Positions 8,616 through 19,200 of a stretch of 32,000 nucleotides of DNA are shown one piece after another. Made by a program: the position numbers and the translations under genes. This DNA is from Methanobacterium sp. (lineage in GTDB: Archaea; Methanobacteriota; Methanobacteria; Methanobacteriales; Methanobacteriaceae): NCBI GenBank assembly GCA_039666455.1, contig JAVSLW010000010.1:28432-60431 (forward strand). Reading direction: 5' to 3'. Under the pieces are notes generated by a model. The model was not told where the DNA came from. It searched no databases and was given only the letters and a program-made list of their open reading frames with translations. The first letter of the stretch is position 1, and the number at the start of each line of letters is the position of its first letter.

Positions 8616-9710
8616 ATGGAAAATAAAGCCGAAATAAATGTTGGAGAAGGATTAAATACTGAAATTGAAATAAACGAAGAATTTGGCAACAAACTCAATG
8701 TAACATCAAATAAAAGGCCAATATCTGAGTTAGATAGTAGTACTGAGGAAAAGAAAAAGACTGAAGCTCTATTAAAAGTAGAGAATATTTCTCTTTCCTT
8801 TACTCAATATACTTCTGGACTTAGACAAACTGAATTGAATGTTATCTCTAATTTGAGTATAGAAGCATACAGTGGCGAAATTTTAGCTGTTGTTGGATCA
8901 AGCGGTTCTGGTAAAAGTCTTCTGGCACATGCTATTTTAGGAATTTTACCTTCAAATGCGAATCTTGATGGTAAAATGGAATATGATGGTCAAGAACTTA
9001 TTCAAGATAAAAAAGAAGAGCTTCGAGGTAAAGAAATAGCTCTGATCCCACAGTCTGTGAATTATCTGGATCCTTTAATGAGAATCTCTGATCAGGTAAT
9101 AGGAGACGTTGAAGAAGATGAAAAGTTAATGAGAAATCTCCAGAGAAAAATTTTCCAGAGGTATGATTTAAAACCAGAAACGGATAGGATGTTTCCACAT
9201 GAACTGTCTGGAGGTATGGCCAGAAGAGTCTTGGTTTCTACTGCCATAATAAGCTCTGCAAAGCTCATAATTGCAGATGAACCTACTCCGGGATTAGATG
9301 AAAAAACTTTAAACGAAACATTGAGTTACTTCAAGGACATGGCCGCTAATGGATGTGCAGTTATACTTATAACCCATGATATAGAGGCTGCACTGAAAAT
9401 ATCTGATAAAATTGCAGTATTTTATGCAGGTACAGTTTTAGAAGTGGCTAATGCCCGAGACTTTGAGAATAATGGTGAAAAGTTAAGGCATCCCTACACC
9501 AGGGCGCTCTGGAGTGCACTTCCCCAAAACGGGTTCCGGGCAATTAAGGGCCATCAACCGATGCAGGATGAAGCCATTGATGGATGCGTTTTTTATGAGA
9601 GATGCTCTAAAAAGACCGATATTTGTTCTAAAGGCGTACCCCCACTAAAAGAGATTAGTAGTGGAATAGTAAGGTGCAATAACGTTGCACTTGAAGAAGA
9701 AATCATTTAA
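8616..9710 (+). CDS. ABC transporter ATP-binding protein (DppD/NikD-like) with an N-terminal extension of about 55 aa
   Basis: Walker A is GSSGSGKS, the signature is LSGGMARRV, Walker B is LIIADEPT and the H-loop is ITHD. An AAGGTG SD lies upstream of the ATG. Confidence 0.9.
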   Translation: MENKAEINVGEGLNTEIEINEEFGNKLNVTSNKRPISELDSSTEEKKKTEALLKVENISLSFTQYTSGLRQTELNVISNLSIEAYSGEILAVVGSSGSGKSLLAHAILGILPSNANLDGKMEYDGQELIQDKKEELRGKEIALIPQSVNYLDPLMRISDQVIGDVEEDEKLMRNLQRKIFQRYDLKPETDRMFPHELSGGMARRVLVSTAIISSAKLIIADEPTPGLDEKTLNETLSYFKDMAANGCAVILITHDIEAALKISDKIAVFYAGTVLEVANARDFENNGEKLRHPYTRALWSALPQNGFRAIKGHQPMQDEAIDGCVFYERCSKKTDICSKGVPPLKEISSGIVRCNNVALEEEII

Positions 9711-9780
9711 ACTGATGGAAATCCGTCTATTTGTGGTTATAATTTGATGTTCCAGTAAAAGAAGTTAAAGAGGTGTAAAA

Positions 9781-10392
9781 ATGCTTCTTAAAGGTGAAAA
9801 TATAAGTTTTGGATATAAAAGAGACAAACAGATTTTAAATGGCGTGAATATATCTTTAAAAAGTGGTGAAGTACTGGGCCTGATTGGAGATAGTGGAAGT
9901 GGAAAATCAACACTGTGTAAGATATTATCTGGCTATGAAAATAACTATCAGGGGAATGTAAGCATTGATGGAAAAGAAATCCCGTTAAAAGGATATAATC
10001 CAGTGCAACTTGTCTTTCAACATCCAGAAAAATCTGTAAATCCTAAATGGAAAATGAAGGATATTTTAAATGAAGGGCATGATGTTCCGCAGGATATTTT
10101 GAATTCATTTGGAATAAAAAAGAACTGGCTTAATCGGTGGCCAAATGAGCTTTCTGGAGGTGAACTTCAAAGATTCGCCCTTACAAGGGCTTTAAACCCT
10201 AAAACCAGGTTTTTAATAGCTGATGAAATAACCACAATGGTAGATGCAATTACTCAGGCTCAAATATGGAATACAGTTTTAGACATAGCTGAAGAGCAGA
10301 ATATTGGTGTGCTGGTTGTAAGCCATAATAAAAAACTAATCAATGAGTTATGTCACGATACAATCTATTTAGATGATATTAACAATGTTTAA
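9781..10392 (+). CDS. ABC transporter ATP-binding protein (NikE/DppF-like, short form)
   Basis: Walker A is GDSGSGKST, the signature is LSGGELQR, Walker B is LIADEIT and the H-loop is VSHN. A GAGGTG SD lies upstream. Confidence 0.9.
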   Translation: MLLKGENISFGYKRDKQILNGVNISLKSGEVLGLIGDSGSGKSTLCKILSGYENNYQGNVSIDGKEIPLKGYNPVQLVFQHPEKSVNPKWKMKDILNEGHDVPQDILNSFGIKKNWLNRWPNELSGGELQRFALTRALNPKTRFLIADEITTMVDAITQAQIWNTVLDIAEEQNIGVLVVSHNKKLINELCHDTIYLDDINNV

Positions 10393-10405
10393 TTCAAACT
10401 AAATC

Positions 10406-10412
10406 TTTTTTT
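10406..10412 (+). terminator. oligo-T tract after the ABC operon
   Basis: A T7 run lies 14 nt after the stop codon of the last transporter gene. Confidence 0.4.
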
Positions 10413-10502
10413 GCTAATTTTAGAACCTTTAATAAATCCTTTTGCATAGGGTATACACCTTAAAACATTATATCCATCAAGCACTACCATGTCAAATATC
10501 TC

Positions 10503-11885
10503 TTATCCATATTTATTACATCCTTTTTTAATTCCAGAAAGCATGGAAGACTTCACACTTTCATATGCAGATATAGCTCCAGGACCTACATGCAATATTG
10601 TATCTCCAGGTTGTGAATATTTAATGGAAAGCTCTCCTGCGGTTTTCATGTCTTCAACTGCAATTTTCAAGGCTTTTGAATCATGAGCTCCAGCTAAAAC
10701 TTCTTTGGCAGCGGCCATGTCCAGTTTCCCAATGGTTTCATTGTATCCAGTAGCAATTATAACTTTAGCATATCTACCAAGTATGTTACCGAGTCCATAT
10801 TTATCCCGGGGAGTGCTACTATCTGGATTATCGATTAAAACCACCAAAGAATGCCCAGAAAAAGATTTTAAAGTAGGAAGAAGACCCTCGGGTATGTAGG
10901 CCGCATCAAAATACACTTCTCTGTTAGAATATTTTCCTAAATATTCCATATGGCCTGGAATTCCTCTGAATTTGCCGAGTGCATCTTTTATGCTTTCTTC
11001 ATCAAGACCATAACATATTGAAGCTGCTGCTGCGGCTATGGAATTTTCAACATAGTAACCAGACATTTTAAGAGGGGTTTGAAATTTTCCAGCTCTGTTA
11101 CCAACATCATATTTGATCATAAGCTTTTTATCTACTAACTCCCCTTTGACATTACATTCATTGCCTTTTGAACCATACCAGACCACATCGTTTCTGTGTA
11201 TTAAATTTCTGCATTTAATATTGGCAATAAAAATGTCGGGCATATTAACTATGAGCATCTCACGGGCTGTGTACTTCTCCATGGATCCACCGAATTCTGC
11301 AAGATGCTCGGGGTAGATATTTGTAAGGATCCCTACCTTCAGTTTCACCTGGGACATTAGCCTTATGGTACCATGGGGAATCTCAAGAACTGCAATATCA
11401 TTTTTCTTATGATAATTATGAATTATTCCATCAACTATGATCTCGCTAAGTAGATTTCCATGTTGGGATGAACATGTCCACACCTTATATCCTGCAGACT
11501 CAAATATGTGGGATATTATGTGGGTGGTACTTGTTTTTCCAAGTGTTCCTGCTATTCCAATTATATCTATATCAATCTCCTTGTCTATTATCTTTGCGAT
11601 GTCCTCATTTTTTAATAACTTTATCTTCTCTCCTTTGATGGTGTCATCTACTGGTATTGTGGGAGATACATATGCCAAGTCAAAATTTTTAAGATCATCA
11701 GGTACATCTGATCCTAAACGAAGATCTACTCCTTCTTTTTCCATTTTCAGGAGAATTTCTTGGATATCTTCTTGGAAACTGCTTAAAGGTTTTCTATCAG
11801 TTATAACAACGTTATTGCCTACATGGTTTAGAATTCTTGCAACAGGGCGTCCAGCATTACCTGCGCCAATTACTATACATCTCAT
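10503..11885 (-). CDS. Mur ligase family protein (MurD-like; candidate pseudomurein peptide ligase)
   Basis: The N-terminus is a Rossmann fold (VIGAGNAGRPVARIL). The Mur-ligase P-loop is present (GIAGTLGKTSTTH). Middle and C-terminal domains are of typical length. Confidence 0.75.
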   Translation of the reverse strand: MRCIVIGAGNAGRPVARILNHVGNNVVITDRKPLSSFQEDIQEILLKMEKEGVDLRLGSDVPDDLKNFDLAYVSPTIPVDDTIKGEKIKLLKNEDIAKIIDKEIDIDIIGIAGTLGKTSTTHIISHIFESAGYKVWTCSSQHGNLLSEIIVDGIIHNYHKKNDIAVLEIPHGTIRLMSQVKLKVGILTNIYPEHLAEFGGSMEKYTAREMLIVNMPDIFIANIKCRNLIHRNDVVWYGSKGNECNVKGELVDKKLMIKYDVGNRAGKFQTPLKMSGYYVENSIAAAAASICYGLDEESIKDALGKFRGIPGHMEYLGKYSNREVYFDAAYIPEGLLPTLKSFSGHSLVVLIDNPDSSTPRDKYGLGNILGRYAKVIIATGYNETIGKLDMAAAKEVLAGAHDSKALKIAVEDMKTAGELSIKYSQPGDTILHVGPGAISAYESVKSSMLSGIKKGCNKYG

Positions 11886-12155
11886 AATAATCTCCTTTTT
11901 TTAAATTAAATCCTCAAGACATTCTTTAAAGTTTTAAGTTAAGTACATCTCCAATTTCATCTAATTGCAACATCATTTTTTTTGCATTCATCTAAAATAT
12001 TATAACTAATATAGATTTTCAAATACTACAAATTTTCTAAAATTCTCTGAATTTTGATCAGATAAAGTATTTATGTCAATATTCTTTAAAAGAGTTATTA
12101 TTTGAATGAACATTCTTTAAGCTTTTTAGAAAAATCCATTAAAACTTCTATGGAG

Positions 12156-12893
12156 TTATAGATTTCTTGCAAATGTCAAATACCCGGTATGACCTACGGC
12201 CCTTGTTTTAGGCCGGGTACCCTTATTTTTTACTTCAATTTCACGTAGAATACATTCAATTGTTTTAATATTTGAAAATTCGAATTTTTTAAGCACTTTG
12301 TGAAGTATTTGAACCTGTTCAATGTAGGGGGTATAAGTTGCGATATATCCGCCTGTTTTAAGGGCTTTTTTAGCGTGCTCTACAACATCCCATGGTTTTG
12401 GTAGATCTAAAAAGACCAGATCGATATCATCTTCATCTATACCATCTAATATGTCTTTACATTTTATATGCACGTTTTCAAGCCCAAAACCTTCGATATT
12501 ACGTTTTGCAATTTCTGCAAAGTCTTCTCTTACCTCATAGGAGTAAACAGCGCCTTTATCACCCACAACATTTCCAAAATGAAGTGCTGTGGCTCCAGCG
12601 CCTGTTCCAGCATCAATTACTCTGTCTCCACACCCAGTTCCTGTAGTTGCGATTATGATTCCAATGTCTTTGGGCAGTATTATTGAGCATTTTCTCTCCA
12701 TTAAATCGATATAATCATTTATATTAGCCTTTAAAACCTTAAATTCATGCCCTAAATGAGTTTCCAGGGCGTCTCCAGGCATTCCATTTTCCATATCCTC
12801 TTTTTTTATAAAACCGAAGTTGGTGTGGAATTCTTCATTGCGGGCAATGTATTTTTTGCCCCTTTCATCCATTAAAATGCGCAATTTATTCAC
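12156..12893 (-). CDS. trmI: tRNA (adenine-N1)-methyltransferase, TrmI/Gcd14 family
   Basis: SAM motif [15 protein letters not shown] is present, as are [14 protein letters not shown] and the C-terminal [17 protein letters not shown] characteristic of TrmI. Confidence 0.85.
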   Translation of the reverse strand: MNKLRILMDERGKKYIARNEEFHTNFGFIKKEDMENGMPGDALETHLGHEFKVLKANINDYIDLMERKCSIILPKDIGIIIATTGTGCGDRVIDAGTGAGATALHFGNVVGDKGAVYSYEVREDFAEIAKRNIEGFGLENVHIKCKDILDGIDEDDIDLVFLDLPKPWDVVEHAKKALKTGGYIATYTPYIEQVQILHKVLKKFEFSNIKTIECILREIEVKNKGTRPKTRAVGHTGYLTFARNL

Positions 12894-13004
12894 TCCTCAC
12901 TATAATATATTAAAAATTTAATCAATGATATTTGCCCTTTTTTATGTTATAACTAAATATTTGGGTTCAGGTTACAAATTAACTTTTGATTCATTCTATT
13001 AGTT

Positions 13005-15302
13005 TTATTCATCCATTTCTGTAAGCTTTTTAGTTTTACTTTTACCAATTTTCCTAAAGCCAGAATCAACTACCTCTTTTATTCTTCTGGCTATTTTTTC
13101 ACCAATTCCTTCCACAGTTTTAAGATCGCTTTTTGAAGCATTTATAATGTCTTTAACTGAACCAAATTCTTCAAGCAGCTTTTTAGCTGTAACTGGCCCA
13201 ATATTTGGTAGTGATTCTACAATATACAATTGCTGTTCATACAATGTGAGTGGTTTTTTCTCGGTTCTAATCTGCATCACTGGCCGTTCAAGTATTTGTT
13301 CTCTTATAGCAATCCTCATAACCATTGCAGCAGTATCTTCTTCAGATCTGGTTGGAATGATTGGAATACTGAAATCCACAGCTAGAGAAGCAAGAGCGCC
13401 TCTTACTGCATTTGGATGAATTAAAGATGAATAGAGATCTTCACCTTCAAGTATAATCACTGGCTTTCTGAAGTTTTCAGCCAATTCTTTGGCCTGTTTG
13501 TAAAGTCGTTTATCCATAATTGAAACTATGAAGTCTTTTGTAGTTTTTCGCTCAATTCCAACCTCATCACTCACCTGATAATCGGCAATAGCAAGGCTTT
13601 TTACTTCTATATCTGCATTTAATTTGTCAAGTTCACGCAGTACCCTGGAATTACCCTCTCTTGAATCAGCATAGATCAGTGGCTTAATCTCGCCATCTTC
13701 ACGGGGGATTACTTTTACAATTTCTTTAGGAGCCGTACGAAACTTTGGTTTCGTGGCCCCAAAAGCTTCGTGTTTGAGGGCTGTATTTCTTTTTATTCTG
13801 TTTGAAAGCTGTTTTTTCATTCTCTGCTCTTTATTGATACTTGCCCAGTAGTAAGCTTCATCCCTGGTACCTTTAGTGATTAAAATACACGTTTTTCCTT
13901 TATTTTTCCTTCCAGTTCTACCACGGCGCTGTATCATCCGTATTTCAGATGGAACAGGCTCGTAAAGTATTACAAGGTCCACAGCAGGTATGTCAATACC
14001 TTCTTCAGCCACACTGGTGGATATTAAAACATCATAAGTACCCATTTTAAAAGCTTTAATGACTTCTTTTTGTTTTTTTTGGGTTAATCCCTTTTCACCT
14101 TCCTTTGCAGCCTGACCAAAGAATTTAACAGCTTTAATATCCTCTTCCTCACATTTTTCAAATATCCTATCAACAGTATCTCTAAACTGGGTGAAAACAA
14201 TTATTCTGGAGTCTTTATTTTCTTTGAGCTCTTTTTTCAATATTTGAGCTAATTTATTGAGTTTTGGATGTTCAATTCCTTTTCTATGGGCTATTTTGGT
14301 AAGGCTAATCGCTTTTTTAAAGTTTTCATCCACTAAAAGGCTTTTAGCTGCTTTTGTTCTCTTTTTGCGCAGCCTTTCAAAGTATTTGTTTAAAGTATGT
14401 ATCCCCTGGGTTTCAAGTAATTCAAGGGCATGCAGGGCATTGATTACAGCAGTAAACGTAGAAACAGCTATATAATATTTCTTTGGAGGATTACTGCTTC
14501 TTGATATCCTGTTTTGAGCCTCTCCCTTGGCTTTTAAAACGTCCTTTTTATTCATGTTCACAGATTTTATTATTCCTATTTTTTTAAGGGTGTTAAATCT
14601 GGCCTTCAAGGTATTTTCAATATGTGATTTAATACCTTTAAGTTCATCATTAAGTTCAACTTTAATCCATTTAACTTCAACCGGGTTAAAATAAGGAACA
14701 ACATCAGCATCTTCTTCGCTTTTGATGACAACGTCATTTATAAACAAATTTTCGCATACTTCACTAATTTTATTTTCATCAGAGCCTGGAGAAGCGGTAA
14801 GGCCAAGTATAAGTGGATTTTTTGCTTCTTTTTGGTATTTTGAAGCCAAATAAACATAGGAATAAGATCCCACACCGCGGTGACATTCGTCAAATACAAT
14901 CAGTGAAACATCCTTTAAACTGTATCTGGAGGATATTAAATCTGATTCTATGGTCTGGGGAGTGGCACAAATAATTTGATATTCATCCCATCTTTTAGCT
15001 CTTTTTTCTGGCTTAATATCACCAGTAAGAGAGGTTACAGGCAAATTCATAAATTCCCTAAAGCTTTCCTCATGCTGTGCTGTAAGTGGCTTGCTTGGTG
15101 ATAGAATCAGGACTTTTGAACCCTTGAAATTTTTGAGCCTTTCCGCTGCCACTAAAACTGCTACTATTGTCTTTCCAAGTGCTGTAGGTGCTACTATTAT
15201 AGTGCTTCCTTTTTTAAGCACATCAGCAGCTAGAATTTGCTGGTAAAGTCGTGATTCTATTTTTTGGTCCTTGATTAGAGGGTGTTTAATCCACTTTTGC
15301 AT
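13005..15302 (-). CDS. hef: Hef-type helicase/nuclease (SF2 DEAH helicase, ERCC4 nuclease and HhH2 domains)
   Basis: Helicase motif I is APTALGKT, motif II is DECH and motif VI is QRRGRTGR. An ERCC4 nuclease region follows (IYADSRE...GIERK). The C-terminus has a double helix-hairpin-helix ([18 protein letters not shown]...[11 protein letters not shown]). Confidence 0.92.
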   Translation of the reverse strand: MQKWIKHPLIKDQKIESRLYQQILAADVLKKGSTIIVAPTALGKTIVAVLVAAERLKNFKGSKVLILSPSKPLTAQHEESFREFMNLPVTSLTGDIKPEKRAKRWDEYQIICATPQTIESDLISSRYSLKDVSLIVFDECHRGVGSYSYVYLASKYQKEAKNPLILGLTASPGSDENKISEVCENLFINDVVIKSEEDADVVPYFNPVEVKWIKVELNDELKGIKSHIENTLKARFNTLKKIGIIKSVNMNKKDVLKAKGEAQNRISRSSNPPKKYYIAVSTFTAVINALHALELLETQGIHTLNKYFERLRKKRTKAAKSLLVDENFKKAISLTKIAHRKGIEHPKLNKLAQILKKELKENKDSRIIVFTQFRDTVDRIFEKCEEEDIKAVKFFGQAAKEGEKGLTQKKQKEVIKAFKMGTYDVLISTSVAEEGIDIPAVDLVILYEPVPSEIRMIQRRGRTGRKNKGKTCILITKGTRDEAYYWASINKEQRMKKQLSNRIKRNTALKHEAFGATKPKFRTAPKEIVKVIPREDGEIKPLIYADSREGNSRVLRELDKLNADIEVKSLAIADYQVSDEVGIERKTTKDFIVSIMDKRLYKQAKELAENFRKPVIILEGEDLYSSLIHPNAVRGALASLAVDFSIPIIPTRSEEDTAAMVMRIAIREQILERPVMQIRTEKKPLTLYEQQLYIVESLPNIGPVTAKKLLEEFGSVKDIINASKSDLKTVEGIGEKIARRIKEVVDSGFRKIGKSKTKKLTEMDE

Positions 15303-15596
15303 GGGTTTAAGTATTTAAATTGTATCATATAAAAATGGCGATTGATTTAATGGCTTCATTTGGGAGTTTTTTGGATTAAAAAAAGTTATTGCACTTTTTT
15401 TCACGATTTAATTAATATTCAACGGTTTATTTGGTATATCTGATAGAATTAATTCATAGCAACGTATTATATTGATTAAATTAATAAATTTGGCTCTTAC
15501 TGGTATTTAAGTGTTGCTATTTATTTCAAATAGTAAATTTTTTAATAACAGGTGTATCATTTAGAATTAATATTGGATTATATGGGGAATGGGAGT

Positions 15597-16280
15597 ATGA
15601 TCAGGCGAGTGATGTTTTTTATTTTACTCTTTGCTTTTACACTGGTATTTTGCAGTGTAGCGGCAGCTGCAAATACCAATTACACTTATACAACTGACGA
15701 TGATTTTAACAGAGGTAATGGCACTGGTTTGAATGTTTCTGATAATCGGTTGCAGCTTTCCAGTAATTCTTCAGCATCCAGTTATTCATTTATCTGGGTT
15801 CCTAACAGTAATGAGGGAACTGTATCTAAGGTTAATACTGTTACTGGTCTGGAGGTGGCTCGTTATAGGGTTGGTCCTTCTGCGGGTTCTTCTCCTTCTC
15901 GTACTACTATTGATCTTGATGGTAATTGTTGGGTTGGTAACCGTGGAACTGGAACGGTGGTTAAGATTGGTTTGTTTGAAAATGGAGGTTATTTTGACCG
16001 TAATAATAATGGAATAATTGAAACCTGCAGAGATTTGGATGGTAATGGTGTTATAACAGCAGATGAAATTCTTCCAGGGGTGAAGATGAATGTGTACTAT
16101 GGGAAGTGGTGGTTATACCAGGACGTGAAGGTACCTATAGGCCGGGAAATTATACTGAAGGATATTCTAATGTTCCTGGACCCCGGGGGATTGCTGTTGA
16201 TAGTCAAAACAATATATGGGCAGGTACTTACGGCACACATAAATTTTACTATATTAATGGCTCTGATGGTCAAATATTGA
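15597..16280 (+). pseudogene. N-terminal fragment of surface beta-propeller/DUF11 protein paralog 1, cut off by a 1-nt frameshift near 16077
   Basis: The ATG at 15597 follows GGGAG. The signal peptide is MIRRVMFFILLFAFTLVFCSVAAAA. Homology to paralog 2 (NYIWVPNTNQGTISKV...) runs in this frame to about 16076 and then continues in the frame of ORF 16106..20746. Expected sequence is CCA TGG GGT GAA; observed is CCAGGGGTGAA. Confidence 0.75.
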
Positions 16281-19200
16281 AGACGGTGGATGTTTCATCG
16301 GTTGGTCATGGATCTTATGGGGCGGTGATTGACCAGTATGGTGTATTATGGTCTTCTGGAGGTGTTGGGAATAATATTTTAAGATTAGACCCTTCAAATG
16401 ACACATTCAAGAGAATTAATGTTCCTCACACTGCTTATGGACTGGGGCTTGATAGAAATAATCATTTATTTGTTTCTGGCTGGACATATTCCCGATTTTC
16501 CAGGATCAACATTCTCACTGGCACTATTGAATGGACAAAACCATGCCCATACCAATCCAGGGGAGTTGTTGTTACAGATGATGGTGATGTGTGGATTGCT
16601 AATTCTGCAGCAGGAACAGTGACTCGATATTCTAATGATGGTGACTTTAAAGCTACTATAATTGTTGGAAACACTCCTACCGGTGTTTCAGTGGATAACC
16701 AGGGTAAAATATGGGTGGTTGATAATGGTGATGAGTATATTCACCGGATTAACCCGCAGAAAGTTGATTCAGGAGATATTGAGAATGGGGTGGAATTATC
16801 CAAAAGAATCATCGGAGGTCTTCATTATGGTTACAGTGACATGACTGGAGTGGTGTCCAACACCATCACCACAAACAAAGGCATATGGACTGTAATCCAT
16901 GACACACAGATTAACAATGCTCTTTGGGGAAAAGTATCCTGGAACAGTCTTGAACCAGAAGGCACCAGAATAAAAGTGCGTGTTAGAAGCTCCAACAATA
17001 AACAGAACTGGTCAAATTGGGAAGAAGTAATTAATAGTGCTTTTCTTAGTTCAACACCTGGAGGCAGATATTTAGAGGTTGAAACAACTCTGGAAAGAAA
17101 TAAAGGCAATATTTCACCTGTACTTTATGATTTAACTGTTAAAGCCTTGAAAGCAGATGTTACACTTACCACAACTGTAAATAACCCTACACCACGCATA
17201 GGAGACACTGTTATATTTGTAACCATGGTTAGAAATAATGGGCCTGATACAGCAACCAATATAATGGTTTATCCTGTGTTACCATCTGGATTTACGGTGA
17301 TTACACCTTCTGTGGGGACATACAGTGACGGAGTATGGACTGTTGGGGTTTTGCGGCCTGGTGAAACAGCGACACTGGAAGTTACAGGAGTTATAACACC
17401 GGAATTTGCAAGCAGGAATATTAATTATTGGGTTAGTGAAACCCATAATGAATATGACCCAACAAATAGTTCAGTATCAAGTGCAAGTGTTTATGTTCCA
17501 TTTCAAAATGTTGAATTAAGCTATGAATTGAAAAATGGTAAACCTACGCTTACTGTAAGTAACACTGGAACTGATTATGCGTTTAATACTGCAATAAAAA
17601 CTACTATACCTTCAGGATTCACTCCTGAACCCTCTCATGGTTCATATAATAATGGGTTGTGGTTTATTGGTGCATTGTCTCCTGGTGGGGCGGTTGCACT
17701 GACTTTAACACCTATAATTAGTGGAGATAATGATCCATCTCCTCCTGTCTCTGTTGATGGTCACACCAAAGTTTCAAAAAAAGCAGTTCAAAAAAGAGGT
17801 TATTACAGGTATGGTGGTAGCATCCCTCCTCCTGAAAGGGATAATAGGACTGTTCCTATGCAGGATACTGGTGTGCCTCTTAATTTTTCTGGGCTTGCGA
17901 TTTTACTGGTTTTATTTGGATCCTATCTTAACAAAAGAGAAGACAAGTCCAAAATCAATAAATGGCTTTTATTGATCATAGTGTTATTTGGAGTTTTATT
18001 GTTCTGCAGCACTTCATTTGCTGCAGGCACCAATCAGACCTATAACTCATCAGATGATTTTAATAATGGTACTTTTAACAATGTAAATGGTTCTGGGGAT
18101 AAACTGGAGCTCAATAATTCATCTAAACCTGCAGGGAATTATATCTGGGTCCCCAACACTAATCAGGGCACAATATCCAAGGTGGATGTGCGCACAGGGC
18201 AAGAAGTGGCCAGGTATCGTACCAGCCCTCAAGGTAATGCTCATCCTTCCAGAACAGTGGTAGATTCTAATGGTAACTGCTGGGTGGCTAATTACCAAAC
18301 AGGAACCGTGGTTAAAATCGGCCTATTAGAGAATGGAGGATATATTGACCGGGATAATGATGGAACAATTCAGACAAGCCGGGATCTGGACCATAATGGA
18401 GTGATCACTGGAAGTGAACTTTTAGACTGGGGAAAAGACGAATGCATGCTTTATGAGACAGTTTTCATACCTGGACGTGAGGGTGCTTATGTCCCAGGTG
18501 CGTATACAGGAGGTTACGCTAATAACTGGAAGAATCCTGGACCTCTTGCAGTTGTACTGGATTCTGATAACAATGTGTGGGTCGGATGTTATGGATTGCA
18601 GAAGTACTTCTGCCTCGATGATACCACGGGTCAGATTCTGAAAACTATAGATGTTTCTTCAGTAGGACATACACCTTACGGGGCAGTGATAGATCAAAAT
18701 GGCATTATATGGTCTGCTGGCGGTGAAAATAGAAATATTCTTCAGCTTAACACTAATACCGGCTCTTTTACAAGGATTAATATTCCTCACTGGACATATG
18801 GCCTTGCCCTAGATGGGAATAACCATCTTTTTGTCACAGGTTACGTGAATTCACGTATTTCCAGGATTGATACCTTAAATGGCACGGTGGATTGGACTAA
18901 AACTGCTCCTAATGGGGCGAGGGGTGTTGTAGTTACTGAAGATGGTGATGTTTGGACAGCTAATCTGGAATCAGATACAGTTACCAGATTCTCCAACGAT
19001 GGTATTTTGAAAGCTACAATATATCCTGGAAAGGGACCCAGCGCTTTATCAGTTGATAGTGAAGGTAATGTCTGGGTTGTTGACTATAATGATGTTTATA
19101 TTCACCGTATAAACCCCGAAATTAATGGAGTGGACTTCTCTAAACTGATAGTCTCTGGAAGTCATGTGGGCTACAGTACAATGACGGCTCCTTCATCCAG

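Noticed and set aside
8616-8790. Acidic/Ser-rich N-terminal extension of about 55 aa on the first ABC ATPase, considered as a separate feature
   Set aside because: It appears to be part of the CDS: a good SD precedes the ATG at 8616 and there is no later Met before the ATPase core. It has no recognisable motif and is not enough for a functional claim.
16060-16110. Programmed -1 ribosomal frameshift joining 15597..16280 to 16106..20746
   Set aside because: I could identify no canonical slippery heptamer or downstream structure. A 1-nt loss at a short G run (a mutation or a sequencing error) is the simpler explanation.
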